NCBI RefSeq assembly: GCF_009914755.1
Contig: NC_060939.1
Strand: one strand, 5' to 3'
DNA: 64,000 bases
Source: the human T2T-CHM13v2.0 reference genome, Homo sapiens
A program made the translations under genes and the position numbers. Position 1 is the first letter of the stretch, and each line of letters starts with the position of its first letter. Below are positions 1 through 23,716 of the stretch, piece after piece. A model generated the notes under the pieces. It was not told where the DNA came from. It worked only from the letters and a program-made list of their open reading frames with translations, and searched no databases.

Positions 1-430
1 CTGCATTGATATAGTTAGTGGAGGGTACATCACACAACCTTTTGGAATAGAGTTTGGCCATGTCAATTAACATTACCATGTGCCCTACTCAGTGATCCAG
101 CAGATCTACTTCTAGAAATCTGGCATACAGAAAAACTCATGCACATGCATAAAGATACATGGATGAGATTTTCATTGTAGCTCTGGGATATAATAGCAAA
201 AATGGAAAACTGAAATGTTAATAAGGGAATGTTTAAATAAACCATGCATGGTGCATGGTTAACCTAGGCAGTAGATAAAAAGAATGAGGTGGCTCTACAG
301 ACACTAACCTACAAAGATGTTCATCGTATATTAAGTGTAAAAAGCCTGTTGAAAAATTGGATAAACAGCATGAATCAATTTCTACACTTTTTTTAAAGTA
401 TGAAGAAATAGTGATTTATGGGTAGGTATG
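1..430 (+). mobile_element. Old L1ME-type 3' fragment
   Basis: GATCCAGCA..CTACTTCTAGAAAT..TAATAGCAAAAA.TGGAAA..AAAAAGAATGAGGT motifs from the L1 ORF2 end and 3'UTR. Confidence 0.65.
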
Positions 431-1629
431 CAGGGATAAATACAGAGCAAATGGTTAACAGCAGTTTAATCTGAGAAGTGGAAAGTGGGGTCTTGTGAGA
501 CCTTGTATAGTTCTTTCTTTCTAAGCACAGTTGAGTTATGGGAGGTTTTGCTTTATGTGTTTTTCACTAACTTTCTAAAATATCTCAATGACAAAATATG
601 GTACAATTGTAAGGACATTTGTGATAACTGATCGATCTGTTATATGCCTATTTTGCTTTAGGCACTGTACTAGAGTGATTCCACAAGCTAATTTTATCTT
701 CATCACTCCCTATGCAATACATATTATTATTAGAACCATTTTGCAGGTGAAGAATATGAAACTTAAAGAGCTGAAGCTACTTGTACACAGACTCTGGCTG
801 TGGTCATGGCTTATAGGCAATTTGAAGCAAAGATGTTGGCAATAATGTAACACCCAGGGTGCTATAAGGACTAGATTGAAAGTCTGCCATCTGAGGAACT
901 CTCTTTAAAGCACATGAATAGTCCTTAAAAACTGGGTCTCAATACATCCTTCCCCAGCTGTGGTCAAGTCCCCCTTCTTTTGGCTTTTGATGTCCTGGCT
1001 TTGTAGGCTTGCTGTACTCTAGACAAGGAATGCAAATGAGTGTTGAATGAGAGTAGGGGTTTGAAGTCCCAAGCACTAGAAGGCAAATTTACCTTCCCCC
1101 ACTTAATCCTGGGTAAGCAAAACTGAATGGTAGCCCAGGTATGTCAGCTGCCCTCATTCTCGGCAACACTTCCAACTCCTTTTCTGCCTCTTTCACAGGA
1201 CAAATCTCCAGCTGTGAAGTCCCCAGAGACACCTTCCACAAAGCTGGCAGCCTTTGCCCAGGGCTGTGGCAATTACTCCAAATGTTGGGAGAGTCCAAAC
1301 CTCCTCTTCTAACTTTGTGTATAGGGGATCTCTGTCTTCCATGCTGGGGGATGGGAGAAAGGGGTTGAGTCTGCATAGGGCTGAAGCTGCCAGCAAGAGC
1401 TGGGACCCAGGAGAGCAGGTGAGAAGGGAGGGGTCAGGGCAGCCAGAAAACTTGTGGTTCTGAAATGAATCTGCATGAGTCATTTGTTTAAAAAGGGCGG
1501 AGTTTCTGGAGCCCCCAGATAATCCTGGGGAATAGAGTAGACCAGAAAAGACAAAATACAATGAAAGGATCAAGGGACAGCTAAATGCCTGAGATAGGCC
1601 CTTGGCTTCTGCTTAAATGATCCGTGTAG

Positions 1630-1632
<3 letters not shown>

Positions 1633-1677
<45 letters not shown>
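1633..1677. repeat. (GT)n microsatellite
   Basis: Perfect GT run of about 22 units. Confidence 0.97.
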
Positions 1678-1679
<2 letters not shown>

Positions 1680-2139
1680 AGTGAAGTCTGCCAAGCTCTC
1701 ATGACTTGATTCAAGTATCAGGTCACCTGTCCCACCAATCAAATATCCTTATCTTTCGGTTGGAGAATCTTCCCTCCTCCCTGATTCCACTCCCCAGTGC
1801 AGGCTACCATCCCAGCTTTGTTAGGGGATAGGCAAATTGCTCAAGATCATTCAGTCTCGCCTACCAAGTCAGGACTGCTTTCCTAGAGCAGTTAGCCCGC
1901 CTCAGCTCAGCTCAGGTGGCCTTTGGAAAATCCCTGGCTGTTACCAGATCACGGCCTTCAATTTTTTTTTTTTTTAACTGCAACCCTTAGTAAGAAATAC
2001 ATGTTATATCATAACCCAGTTCATAGGTGTGCATGGCCACACATACACACAAACGGACACAGAAGTTTCAACAAACAGTACTTACTTAATACTTAGCCCA
2101 ATTATCTGATTCTTTTCCATTCTATTCTTTAATTTTTCA

Positions 2140-2478
<339 letters not shown>

Positions 2479-2780
2479 AACCAAACAAAAGTAACAACTT
2501 GCAATTCATTCAGTTAATTTCAATACCTATGGGTTAAGATGAGCGGATTGAAATACACATTCAAGCCTAATCTCTGAATTATGCAGAGATTTTGAGAATA
2601 TTCCTTCATTAGCCACAGCCATGTGTGCCACACAGGAGAAACCAGGTTGACGGGCAAGTCGTGGTCCAAGGTCATCCATGGACCCTCATTGGTGAGAGAT
2701 ACTCCCTCACCAGAGAGTTGAGTGTATTGAGTCATATGATGAATGGGGCCACTGTAGTTTTAGAATAAAAATATGATTTA

Positions 2781-2800
2781 TTTTCTTTCTTTCTTTCTTT

Positions 2801-2860
<60 letters not shown>

Positions 2861-3285
2861 TTTCTTTCTTTTCTTTCTTTCTTTCTTTTCTTTCTTTCTT
2901 TCTCTTTCTTCTTTCTTTCTTTCTTCCTTTTCTTTCTTTCTTCCTTTTCTTTCTTTTTTTCTTTCTTCTTTCTCTCTCTTTCTTTTTTTTCTTTTTATTT
3001 TTTTGAGACAAAGTCTGGTTCTGTCACCTAGGCTGGAGTACAGTGGCACAATCACAGCTTAACTGCAGCCTCAACCCCTGGACTGAAGCGATCCTCCCAT
3101 TTCAGCTTCCCGAATAGGTAGGACTGCAGACATGCACCAACACACCTGAATAATTTTTGTAATTTTTGTAGAGACGGGGGTCTCATCATTTGCCCAGGCT
3201 GGTCTGGAACTCTAAGGCTCAAGCGATCCACCCACCTCAGCCTCCCAAAGTTCTGGGATTACAGGCTTGAGCCACCCTGCCCAGC
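2781..3285 (-). mobile_element. AluJ whose tail expanded into a ~220-bp (TTTC)n tract
   Basis: Reverse Alu body 3004-3285, pyrimidine repeat 2781-3003. Confidence 0.9.
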
Positions 3286-3989
3286 CAAGATTAGCTACTG
3301 AGAGCTTTCTATGTGCCAAGCATTGTTCTAAGCACTTTACACGAATTAACGTATTTAATCCTCACAATACCACCATGCCATATGTAGTATTATTAATCCC
3401 TGATGTATGGACAGTTCGGGAATTTAACATCCAGAAAATAGTTACTAAATATGGATCCAGGTATCAAAGCCAGGCAGACTGGCTCCAGAGCCCCCAGCTC
3501 TTCTGCATCACATGTACCTCCCCACTACAGCAGGCCTTCTCGGACCTTCCACGACTGGCTCACTTTGCCATCTTTTCCAAGGATAGTGTCCAGTGCTGAG
3601 CTCAGCAAGCTGTGGCCAGAATTCCACAGAGGACTTGGACTAGAGCTGGAGCTCCAGTGTGGTCACCAATCCAGGTGATCATTTCATTAGATCAGTCCAG
3701 CAGAGCATTCGTTCAACACCCACTTACTAAGCCTTCAAACCCAGAAGTTCAGGGCTGGAAGACACTCCAGAAATTTCCAACTACTTAGGGACTTTCATAC
3801 AGGGTAAAAGGGACACAGGGATCTCTCTACTCCAAGACTTCCACTTTTATCTGTTTCAGAGATAGAGTTTCTGCATAAGCTTATACTTGAAAAAAAATAG
3901 TCTTGCTGTTAAAACAAGTTTATTTTGGGGGAGGTGAGAGAAAATTTTAAGGAATTAGCAGTCTTTTGGGAAATAATTGATGACACGTT

Positions 3990-7100
<3,111 letters not shown>

Positions 7101-7399
7101 GCTGTTAATATTTGACGCTTGCCCTAGTCCATATACCATCTCCCTGCCATTTAATTGTTGAAGAAACTAAGTGGCTAGGACTTGCCCAGGGTCCTGCTGC
7201 CTTTTATGGCTGAGCTTGGGACAGGCTTAGCACTTTTTCCCTTCAGAGCTCCAACTCACTCCTTAAATTGAACCCCAATTTTTCAGTGTAATTTGCAGGT
7301 ACAAATTTCAGCCAGTTGCCTCTACAAAGCCCCTGTCCATTCCTTCCAAATCCCTGATCTCTTCCTATTCATTTGCCCCCATATGCCCATTATCATGAG

Positions 7400-8010
7400 C
7401 CCAGCGTGGACTCCCACGCGGACCCAGGCCCCCAGCCCTGGCCACAGGGTCACAGAGATAACTCCGTGGGAAATTATACCCCAGGGCCCTTTGCTCCTGA
7501 CTCCCCACGTGGAGCAGAGAACCACTCAGATGCGTGCTTCCAGCCCCCACCTCGGACGACCCGCTGTCCCCCTCTCACGGCTGTTTGCCCGGGCGTTCTA
7601 GGATGCTCTGGTATTAGAGCACCCTGCCTGTTCCTGGCCCCCTGAGCACCAACAAGCCCGTCTCAGGCCTCCAAAGCTCTGCATACGTTGCCCTGGCAAG
7701 GTCAGACCCTTTGGCTGCAACACGTCCGTCAAGAAGCCAGGCAAATCTAGCATGCAAACTAGGATCATTTTCGGGCGTTGGGGCCCCCCCGCTTGAAATC
7801 TGGTTTCCATGTTCACAAAACGCAGCCCGACTGGTGGAACTCGCGACTCCAGACGCAGAGAAGCTGTGGGCAGAGGCGGAGGCAGAGGGTGGGAATGCAG
7901 CCTGGCGTTGGAGTGGGGAGAAAGGGGAGGGAGGAACCGCGCGCCCAGGCCCCGCCCGGTTGCCTAGGTGACGGGGAGCGAGAGGAAGAAGTGGGGGCTG
8001 AGCTGATCCG
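7400..8010. promoter_or_regulatory. CpG-enriched promoter-like region with GC box and RFX X-box motifs
   Basis: Only non-repeat stretch with clustered CpGs (e.g. CCGCGCGCCC). GGCCCCGCCC at 7948-7957 is directly followed by GTTGCCTAGGTGAC at 7959-7972. Second X-box-like GTTGCCCTGGCAAG at 7687-7700, E-box CACGTG at 7506-7511. Confidence 0.65.
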
Positions 8011-11000
8011 AGCATTTCAGATCTTAATACTGAACAGCTCAGCCCCCAAGAGGGAGTAGGATGGAAGCCCCAAGCCAAGGGAGTCATCTTCATTATTTTA
8101 CCCTGGTACCTAGTGTTCTGCTGCTCATGGAGAAACAGAATGTCAGTCCTGGAAAAGAGCTTGCGAAGTCTCCTTGCCCAGTGGTTTTCAAGCAGGTTTG
8201 TAGCTAAAGATTCTCGTTTCAAAGAAAACCTTACCAAAAACCTCAGTTTGCAAAACAGACCTATAGGGAGCTAAGTCACCCCACTTCACCTTCCCAGATT
8301 GTGGAAAAACTCTGGTCTGGGCCCAAACCCTCCTTGTAGAGATGGGAAAACTGAGGTCCCCAGACAGGCACTGCATTGCCCAGGGACACCCAGGACATAA
8401 ATTCGCTGCAGAACCAGGATTGGAAACGATCTCCCAGTGATCACCATAGAGCAAGCATGAAGAAGCGGATCCTTTGAAGTAGCTGGGAAGAGAAAAGGCA
8501 CACAGGATGTTTTAGGAACCTGGAATTTCCAGACCTGCTGAGACAACACAATCCCCTTATTTTACAGACGAGGAAACTGAGGCCCAGAAAGGAGGCAGTG
8601 GCAAGTTAGTAGAGTGGTCCTAAGTGGAGTAATATTCCCTTAGAAAGAAGATGCATTTGAGCATTTGGCTTTTTGGCTAGCTCAAGCAATAAATCTTTGC
8701 TGAAATTCTGAGGTGCCAGATGGCGCAGGGGAGGAGCACTGGCCTGGGAGTTTCATCCCCCTCTGTTACTGACGAACCCCATGACCTTGGGAGATTTATT
8801 TTAAAGAGTCAAAGGGATCATCCCCAGGTTTGTAAGAGGTCCAGAAGAGTAATAGGATTAAATGGTGCTTCAGAGTGTTTTATATTGTTTCTAAATGTCA
8901 GGGCCTCTTTGGGGGAAGGGAAGTAAGCACACTGCTCTTTAAAGACTGAATTTGACAGTGGGTTTTTTAAACGCTCTTTATTTTTCTTTTTCATTTTTCA
9001 TGGCTAATTATAAAGTAACACATGGCCATTTCAGAAAATGTGTAAAGTACAGAAAATGAAAGGAAAAAAAAGCAGAAAGGAAAATCACCCATAAACACAT
9101 CACCCAGAGGCAACCATTGTTATACATTGTTGTACATTTCCTTTCAGTCTTTTTTCTCTAATTTTTTTCTTGTGCAGCGTAAATTGTATTTTTAATTATG
9201 TTGTAATTTTTAATAATTTCATTTAATTGTTTAATAATTAATATTAAACTTAGAATATTAAAGCTAAAGATCTGTCTGATCACCACCCACAGCCCTGGGT
9301 TCTTTGATGTATTAATTTTGCAGACCATTTAATTTTTTTCCCACTTATTTACACTCATTTTTCATTTATTTATACCTATTTCATTTATGTAGACCCACAG
9401 GAAATGTACAGTGTAATAATAAATGTATATATATATATTATATTGTATATGTGTTTTACACAATGGTATAATGTTTTCTCTGCAATTTGCTTTTTTCTTT
9501 TTTGCTCATTTGACACCTATATTATTCGATCTTATGTATAAGCCACTTTGTATCTACCCATTTTGTTCTTGATGAGCATATACATTGGTTCCAATTTTTT
9601 GCTACTGTGATAAATTCTACAATGAATAACCTTTGCATGTTCTTCTGCACAGGGGCTAGTGTTTCTCTGGTGGTAGATGCACGGAAGTAGAATTGCTGAA
9701 TATGCATTTATTTACTTTTAATCCACACTGCCAAATTGCCCTCTAAAGCTACTGCGTATAATGAGCATCCTTGTTAGCTTATAACACTGCTTTGCTTGAT
9801 TATAAGACTTCACTTTTTTAAAAAAACTTAAATTTTTTAGAATCTACTGAGTGAAAATAATTTATTTTTGTATGATTTTCCTGATTATTAGTATGATTAA
9901 GCATATTGTTTACTGGCTATTTAAAAAATTAGTTTATAGAGTTGCTTTATATATTTAGGCCACTATCTTTTTTTCTGTATCTATCACAAGCATTTTCCTC
10001 AGTCTGCTGATTATTTTTTAATCTTGTTTGCAATGTCTTTTGACATGCAGAATTTTAAATACTTAATATGGCAAAATTTATGTATTTTCCTTTATAGATT
10101 TTTGTTTTTTGTTCAAAAAGATTTGATCTACGTTTTTCACTAATAATTTTAAGTATCTATTTACTTATCTTTTTTTTAAACATTAAAACATTGACTCCAT
10201 CTGGATTTATTTTGGTGTATGTATGTGATAGGAATCTAATTTTGTTGCTTTGCATATGGGTCGTTAATTGCTTTAATACCAATTATTGAATAGTCTTTTT
10301 TCCACTGATTTTGAATACCACCTCTATCATATACCAAATCCCCATATAAACGCAGATCTATTTCCTGACCCTTTACTCTTTTCCATTTATCCATTTATCT
10401 CCTTTTCTATTTTTATGCAAATACTACACTGTTTTGACTATTGATTTATAATGTATCTTAACAGCTGATGGGCAATTTACCCACTTTTTCTGTTTCATTG
10501 CCTTGGTTCTTCCTGTACATGTATTCTTCCATACGAATTCATTTATGAAGGTCTGTGAAAAGTCTTTTGAGTAATTTGATTGTTATTGCATCAAATTCAT
10601 ACCTAGATTTTGAGAAATGTATCTCGAATATAGCGTCTTTCTATCCAAGAATCTGACATGTTGATTTATTGGGTCTTTTAAAATGTGTTTTAGTCAAGTT
10701 TAAAATCACCTTCATAAAGATCTTTTACTAAAATTTTTCCTAAAGACTTTATAGTCTTTGTTACTATTGTTTTTTTCCAATTACATTTTCTCATAGCTTA
10801 TACTTGTAAGTAGAAAGGCAATTAATTTTGGTACATTGGTACTATTAATTCTGACAGTTTGTTCATTGGTTCTTTTAGGTCTTCTAGAGAAGGCAACCAA
10901 ATCTCATCTGTATATAATTAATGCTTTGCTTTGTCTTCTTCTCTTCTAATATTTATATGTCTATTTTGGAGGTAATCTTATTGCATGAAGTTGGGTATGA

Positions 11001-11129
11001 TGAAGAAGGGGAATAGTGGGTATTCTAATCTTGCTCTTGACATTAATGAGAATACATCTAATGATGTACCTTGTTAGTAGGCTCAGTGCTGTAACAGAAA
11101 ACTCCAATACCTCAATGGCCAAACACAAC

Positions 11130-11456
11130 ATACTGGATTAAGGTGGGCCCTAAATCCAATATGACTGGTGTTCTTATAAGAAAAGAGAAATTTGGACCCT
11201 GAGACAGACACACAGGGAGAATGCCATGTGATGACTGAAGCAGAGATTGGAGTGATGTGTCTATAAGCCAAGGATTGCTGGCAATCATCAGAAGACAGTA
11301 AGAGGCTAGGAAGCCACCTCCTTCAGTGAGAACATGGTGTCACCAACACTTTGATTTCAGTTCTAGCCTCCAAAACTATTAGACAATAAATGTCTATTGT
11401 GTTAAGCCACACAGTGTGTGGTAATTTGTTATGGCAGCCCTAGGGAACCAATGCAA
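11130..11456 (+). mobile_element. MLT1B/C MaLR LTR fragment
   Basis: GGATTAAGGTGGGCCCTAAATCCAATATGACTGGTG..GCAGCCCTAGGGAAC.AAT.CA. Confidence 0.8.
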
Positions 11457-11994
11457 AAGCTAAGTTAATTCATCATTAGTCTTTCTTGCTTTATAGTAAG
11501 TGCAAGTAAGTTTATATATTTCCCTGAAGACTACTTTAACGTCATCTTAAAGTAGTACTTCAGTTAATTCTAATTTTATTGTAGTTTTTTGTCAACTCAT
11601 TAATTATTTAGACCTGTGTTTTAAAACTTCTCGGTGTATACAAATTTCTAGCCATCTTCCTGTTGTTGTTGACATAAAATTTTATCATTAAATGTTTTAT
11701 ATTATTTCACTTTACTTACTTACTTATTTTTTGAGATGGGGTCTTGCTATGTTGCTCAGGCTGGACTCAAACTCCTGGGCTCAAGCAATCATCCTACCTC
11801 CTCCTCCTAAGTAGCTGGGACTGTGCCCAGCTATATCACTTAAAAAATTTTTTTGGAACTTACTGTGCAGTTAAATACTTAGTCAATACTTAGTCAATTT
11901 TTATAAATGTTCCATTTGTATTTGTGAAGAATGTACATTTTCTATTCAAAGTTCTACATATATCCATTACATTGACAGGTCGTCTGTTCTTTGC

Positions 11995-12412
11995 TGTGTT
12001 AAAGACTAGCTAATTGATGAACAAACTTGTTCCCCTTCCTCCTGGGCACACAACTAGGCTACATTTCCTGGACTTTTTGCAATTAGATGTGGTCTTGTAC
12101 TGAGTTTTGGCCAATGGAGCATGAGCAGAAATTATGTGTGCCACTTCCAGGCCCAGCTTACGTGTGTTTCTCCTTTCTGTCTGTCACTATGAATGCCAAG
12201 ATCTCAACACACAGAGTGACCTTGGCAACTACATGTTGAAGGTGGCAGAGTTTCTATCAGCTTGAATTCCTGGCAGAGACCCTTCCTCCGTGCCCCACAA
12301 CCAAACATTGAACTTTACATGAAAAAGAAATTAACCTCGATTGTCTAAGTGTTCAGCTACTCTTAGTTAAAAGTTTATTTGCTACAGTTGCTAGTGTGAC
12401 TTAAACTAATAC
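11995..12412 (+). mobile_element. MLT1I/J-like MaLR LTR
   Basis: CCCCTTCCTCCTGGGCACACA..CTACATTTCC..GTGTGCCACTTCCAGGCC..AACTAATAC motifs. Confidence 0.65.
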
Positions 12413-12507
12413 TGTTTTGCTCTTTAGATACTCTATACTTTTTTGTCTTCTTGATTTGTCAGTGTCTGATGAATGTGTGTGAGTCTCTCAATATAAATAT
12501 AGGTCTA

Positions 12508-13207
<700 letters not shown>

Positions 13208-13353
13208 TTATTTAGTAATCCATAAACTCTTGCTGTATATTTCAAAGCTATGTTGTTAGATATGTAAACTCGTGTTATAATTTTTTGGAAAAGTATTCCT
13301 TTTATCAGCATGAAAATTATTTTTGCTGATATTTGCCAGGTTTTAACCATTTT

Positions 13354-16550
<3,197 letters not shown>

Positions 16551-16614
16551 CATTCATTTTTAATGCACATATGCAAGTATATTTTAAAGAACTAATTGGT
16601 ATCTATGTCTTCAC

Positions 16615-17583
16615 TGTCAAAAGACAAAATTACAACAAATTTAGTTTAAACATCTTAATTGGCTTTATTCGCATTTCTAGAATCAGGCAACACTTTATTC
16701 CACAAAATAGAATAAGTATTCTGATGAGCTGAGCAGAAGAGGTTGGTTTTTATAGGCAGAGAAGAGCTGAAGAAACCAGAAACAAAGAATGAAAAGTGGA
16801 CTGGTAATTTCACAAAGTTACTTTTTTTGTAAGGCAGGGACAGAGAGAAAGAATAGTGGAAAGGTAACTGATTGGTTAACTTCAGGTTACTTTTTTGGTA
16901 GGGATTAAAGTGGAGGGAACTTCATTATCAGCTGATTGTAACTGGCCTATTTGGGGAATTGGCTGTTATCTCTCTCCTCTTGTTACCAAAAGGTAACAGG
17001 TCTAGGTCCTTGGTCTAGGTCCTGCTGCTCACAGCACAGAAAGCCAATGACTGAGGCAAAAAGTGTTGCCAAGAAAGAAGGATTTAACTGAGAGCTTCAG
17101 CTGAGGAGAAAGGAGATCAGTCTCAAATCCATCTCCCTGATTGACTAAAATTAGGGGTTTATATAACAGGGAAGAAATGTAACCACAAGTGGGAAAACAG
17201 GAACTTGGGGTAAGGACACAATCATGATGAATGAGGGGCCTGTCATCTCATTGTCTGAATACTATGATCTCTTGAGTTTCATTTATTTGATACTTCTTGA
17301 GAAGCCAGGGGTTTCTTTCCTGAAGAAGGAACTAATAAAACAAATGTACGTTTCAAGCTTTAAGACCAGAAGTGTCCATTTCTATGTTTATCAAAAAAAA
17401 TCTATGGGACTGTTGGGTCGGTTTCATCCTGATTTCTCAGAAGGTCCGATAACAACTTACTTTCTGTTTGGTGAGATGGAACTTTAGCATGGGTGACTCC
17501 ATTTTGGTTTTTAGCCTGGCCTGTTGAGGCCTAGGGCAGGAGCTTTGTTCAAAACAATGGCCTCCCATCATTATGTTTTACCA
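16615..17583 (-). mobile_element. ERV1 (MER4-group) solo LTR with a second LTR nested inside
   Basis: TG...CA termini, perfect 4-bp TSD TCAC (16611-16614, 17584-17587). The reverse strand begins ..GGGAGGCCATTGTTTTG..CCAAAATGGAGTCAC, typical of MER4-group LTRs. Exact family uncertain. Confidence 0.75.
16981..17426 (-). mobile_element. LTR47-like solo LTR nested in the preceding LTR
   Basis: The reverse strand begins TGAAACCGACCCAACAGTCCCATAGA..GATAAACATAGAAAT..GGTCTTAAAGCTTGAAAC, ~446 bp. The host LTR text TCTCTCCT|GATTTCTC resumes after it. Confidence 0.7.
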
Positions 17584-17589
17584 TCACCC

Positions 17590-19000
<1,411 letters not shown>

Positions 19001-19902
19001 TGTCTTGTTAGGCTGACAGCTGCCTTTGGTTGAGCTGCCTGTGTATAGAGAAGAGCAAAACAGTTACTGAGCTTGTGCCTCCATACAATGTTGATAGGCA
19101 GGACCTGCTGCTAGGTGGGAAGCTCAGCAGCTGGTCTTTTAGGCTTGGATGTTTCTCATTCCTCCCAGATTTTGACAGCCACTCAATACATGACCCCTTC
19201 TCATTAATCCAAGTCCTTGCCCCCTAAACTCTTACATGCAGGGTAGGTGGAGAAATCCAAGGCTGATAGGCCTGGCTGCTCCTGCTACAGGTCCCCAGTT
19301 AATTCCCTTGTCAATTTCCCCGGAGTATCTTTTGTTCCAACTTTCTTCCATCACCTCTGGACATGGGACATCTTAGTGTTGCTCCTCCTTTTGAGGTGGT
19401 TCACTGCAGCTACTGTATCCTGGACTAGAAGAAAAAAATTTTCCTTTTGCTATAAAGCATATTATTAGGACAATAATGAGTTTATGTCTGTGGATTAAGT
19501 AATGGTGATATGGTGTCATATCATCATTAATTTCCTGATTTTGATTATTTTCAGGTTTAAAAAAATCTCTATTTTTAGAAAAAACACATTAAAATATTCA
19601 GGGATAAACAAACCAGAACACACACACACACACACATACATATTTTTATGCCATTAAAAACTCTTCCATAAACATCCATTGTAAGGCCTGCCTAAGACTC
19701 CACTGGCTGGGTACATTATAAATTGCTTAATTATGACCTTCATTTTGCCATTTCTATTATTTCTCATTTGTCTCTATGACAAGTAATCCTGAAATGAACA
19801 CTCATATTTAATACTTTGTCTACATTTCAGATTTTCTTCCTTTGAATAAATCCATAGAAATGTTAACTACTGCCTAGGGGTATGAACATTTTAAGATTCT
19901 TG

Positions 19903-20205
<303 letters not shown>

Positions 20206-22392
20206 TCCTTAATACATACTTGATTAATGTGAATTGGAATAACTCAATCATGTTCGTGCATATTCTCATTCATTTCATTTAAAAGTTTTGCTAATTTGAG
20301 GAGGAAAAGGGAAATTATATTTCATGTGGTTTTAATTGGCATTTCCTTTATCCCTAGAGGGGGTGATTTTTTTTCTCTTAAGGTAGTGGATTTTGTAAGT
20401 GTCTGCTCCTGGTTCCTGAGGGGATTTGTGACAGTCACATATTCCTCTCAGGGTTGGGAACAGCAAAGCTGTTTGTAACTTCTAAGAAGTAATACATGGT
20501 GATTATCATACTAGAACATGCAGTCAAATCACTTGTGACATATCCATATTACAGCACAAGATTAAATCGACAATTTATTTAGACTCCTAGAATGAGAAAA
20601 CACAATGTCCCCAGGGAAGGATAAAGAGTGGGTGACAGAAGGAGGTAATTTCTTTGCCTGCTTGTTTACCTACTCCCCTCTTTTCTTCCTCCCATCTCTC
20701 TTCCTTATATTATATGCATATATAATATATTGTATATAGATATACATCTAATGTGTACATTCTCATATATATTATAATTATAATGGAATTATAAATAGTC
20801 CACGATAATATAATATATGCATGACGTTTCCAGGCATCAAGAAGATTTACAGCTATAAAGCCAGCTGTCTTTCCTCTGGGGCATATACTGTAGTGAAGGC
20901 AAGAAGACACATGCCTCAGGATTGCAATGCAAGGGGGCTAAGCTTGGCTTCAGCACCTTTACAAGCATTCTCACCTTACCTACCAACCTGAGCTCCACCT
21001 TTTCTCTGGAACCCTCCTTGCTTTTCTTGCTCAGCCCCTTGCTGTGCCTGGAATTCCCTTATCTTATTACCTCTCATCTAACCTAATCATCCTTCAAGGG
21101 CTGCTCAGATGCCACCTCCTCCAGGAAGCCTTCTCTGATCCCCCACTCTTAGATGCAAGGCTGTCTCTTTCTGCACGCTCCACCTCTCCAATGGGCTTGG
21201 CACTTTAAACTTGGCATTGTGGCTGTTGCTGTACTTGTCTTGTGTCCTCAATTAGTTCTAAACTCCTAGAGGGCAGGACCTGATCTGATGCAGCTCTGTA
21301 TCCCCATGTTACATACCTCAGCTCCTAGCATAGAAAAGGCAAACTGTAAATCTTCTGATAAAGGAGAGAATGAACACATCTATACAGTGTCCTTCAATTT
21401 CACAGTTTTCCCACATTATCTGCAATGTGTGCCTTGTGTGTACCAAATGGGTAAATGTTAAATGAGCACCCCTCGGTGACTGCACAGAGGTTGGTCCATG
21501 GGCAAGTTCCCAAAATGAAAGCAGGAACTGGGCATGTGAGTGTAGAATGGGCACAGGACTGGGAATCAGGAAGGTGCCGGGTTTCTACCCCAGCTCGGCC
21601 TCTACCCAGCTGTGTGACCTTGGAAGTTCATTGCCTCCCCTCTAGGCTTTGGTCTACCCATCTGTAGAATGGGACTTGGGGGTGACCTCCAATGCAAGGG
21701 TCTTTCCTTCTTACACATTCACCCTTCTAGCACAGAGTGTGTGTCAACTGCCCTGGCAGCCCCTGAAGGCTCAGTATTCAGAAAAGAGAAAGTAGCTGGG
21801 AGATACCAGGGCTGACATGTGCTCTCTGTTTTCTAGAAGGCTATGGAGCTTCCATAAAGATATATTTCATGTGAAACCTTTCCCCTTTTAGATTTCATAA
21901 GTTATTTTATTTACATACACTTATATACATGTGGCCTGTCTTAAAAAGTTATCATGAATGAAAGGCAACCCTCAGGCACAGCCCAGAAGATTAACTGTCA
22001 AAATGTAAAGATGAGTTCATTTTCTATGGAAAAAAATGTAAATGCATAAGAAAGGGCGGAGAAGTTTCCACACCTAACTAATAATAATGGTCTCCTTTGG
22101 GGAGGTGGGGAGGAAACTGAGGTTAGGGGCTCCAAAAAAACTTTAGTTTTATCAACATTCAATTTTTTAAGGAGGATATGCATATAATTTTATGATTAAA
22201 AATTAAATAATGAATAAGTTAAAAGGCCCAAGTGGTATTTAATGCTGCACTAATATAATTTTGAGTCTTGATACCTGTAAGGGTATTTATCTTTATTTTT
22301 ATTTCCCCAGTTCCCTCTCTCTCTCTCTCCTGTCTAAATGTGAGGATTGGAAATCATTTCTAGCAAGAAGAGCTTGATTAAATAAAGGTGCT

Positions 22393-23078
<686 letters not shown>

Positions 23079-23239
23079 CTGCTTTAATTTACAAGAACAC
23101 TTTGCAAGAATTAGGACTCCTATCTCCTAAGATTATATATTTGCATGGAAAAGAAGCAGGTTGCTTGAAGAAAAGAATCAAGAATCAAAACTTTGCAATG
23201 AAGGATAAACTTGAAGTAAGAATAATAAAATAAAGAATG

Positions 23240-23716
<477 letters not shown>

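Noticed and set aside
2520-2735. Unique sequence between two Alus with short ORFs
   Set aside because: No recognisable protein similarity and no convincing pair of splice sites.
2732-3055. Lys/Glu/Arg-rich and Phe/Leu/Ser-rich ORFs (also 58450-58768)
   Set aside because: These are translations of (TTTC)n or GA-rich microsatellites and Alu.
7614-8237. 207-aa minus-strand ORF, the longest in the window
   Set aside because: No recognisable domain, non-ATG start, Ala/Pro/Ser-rich. Expected by chance in GC-rich DNA.
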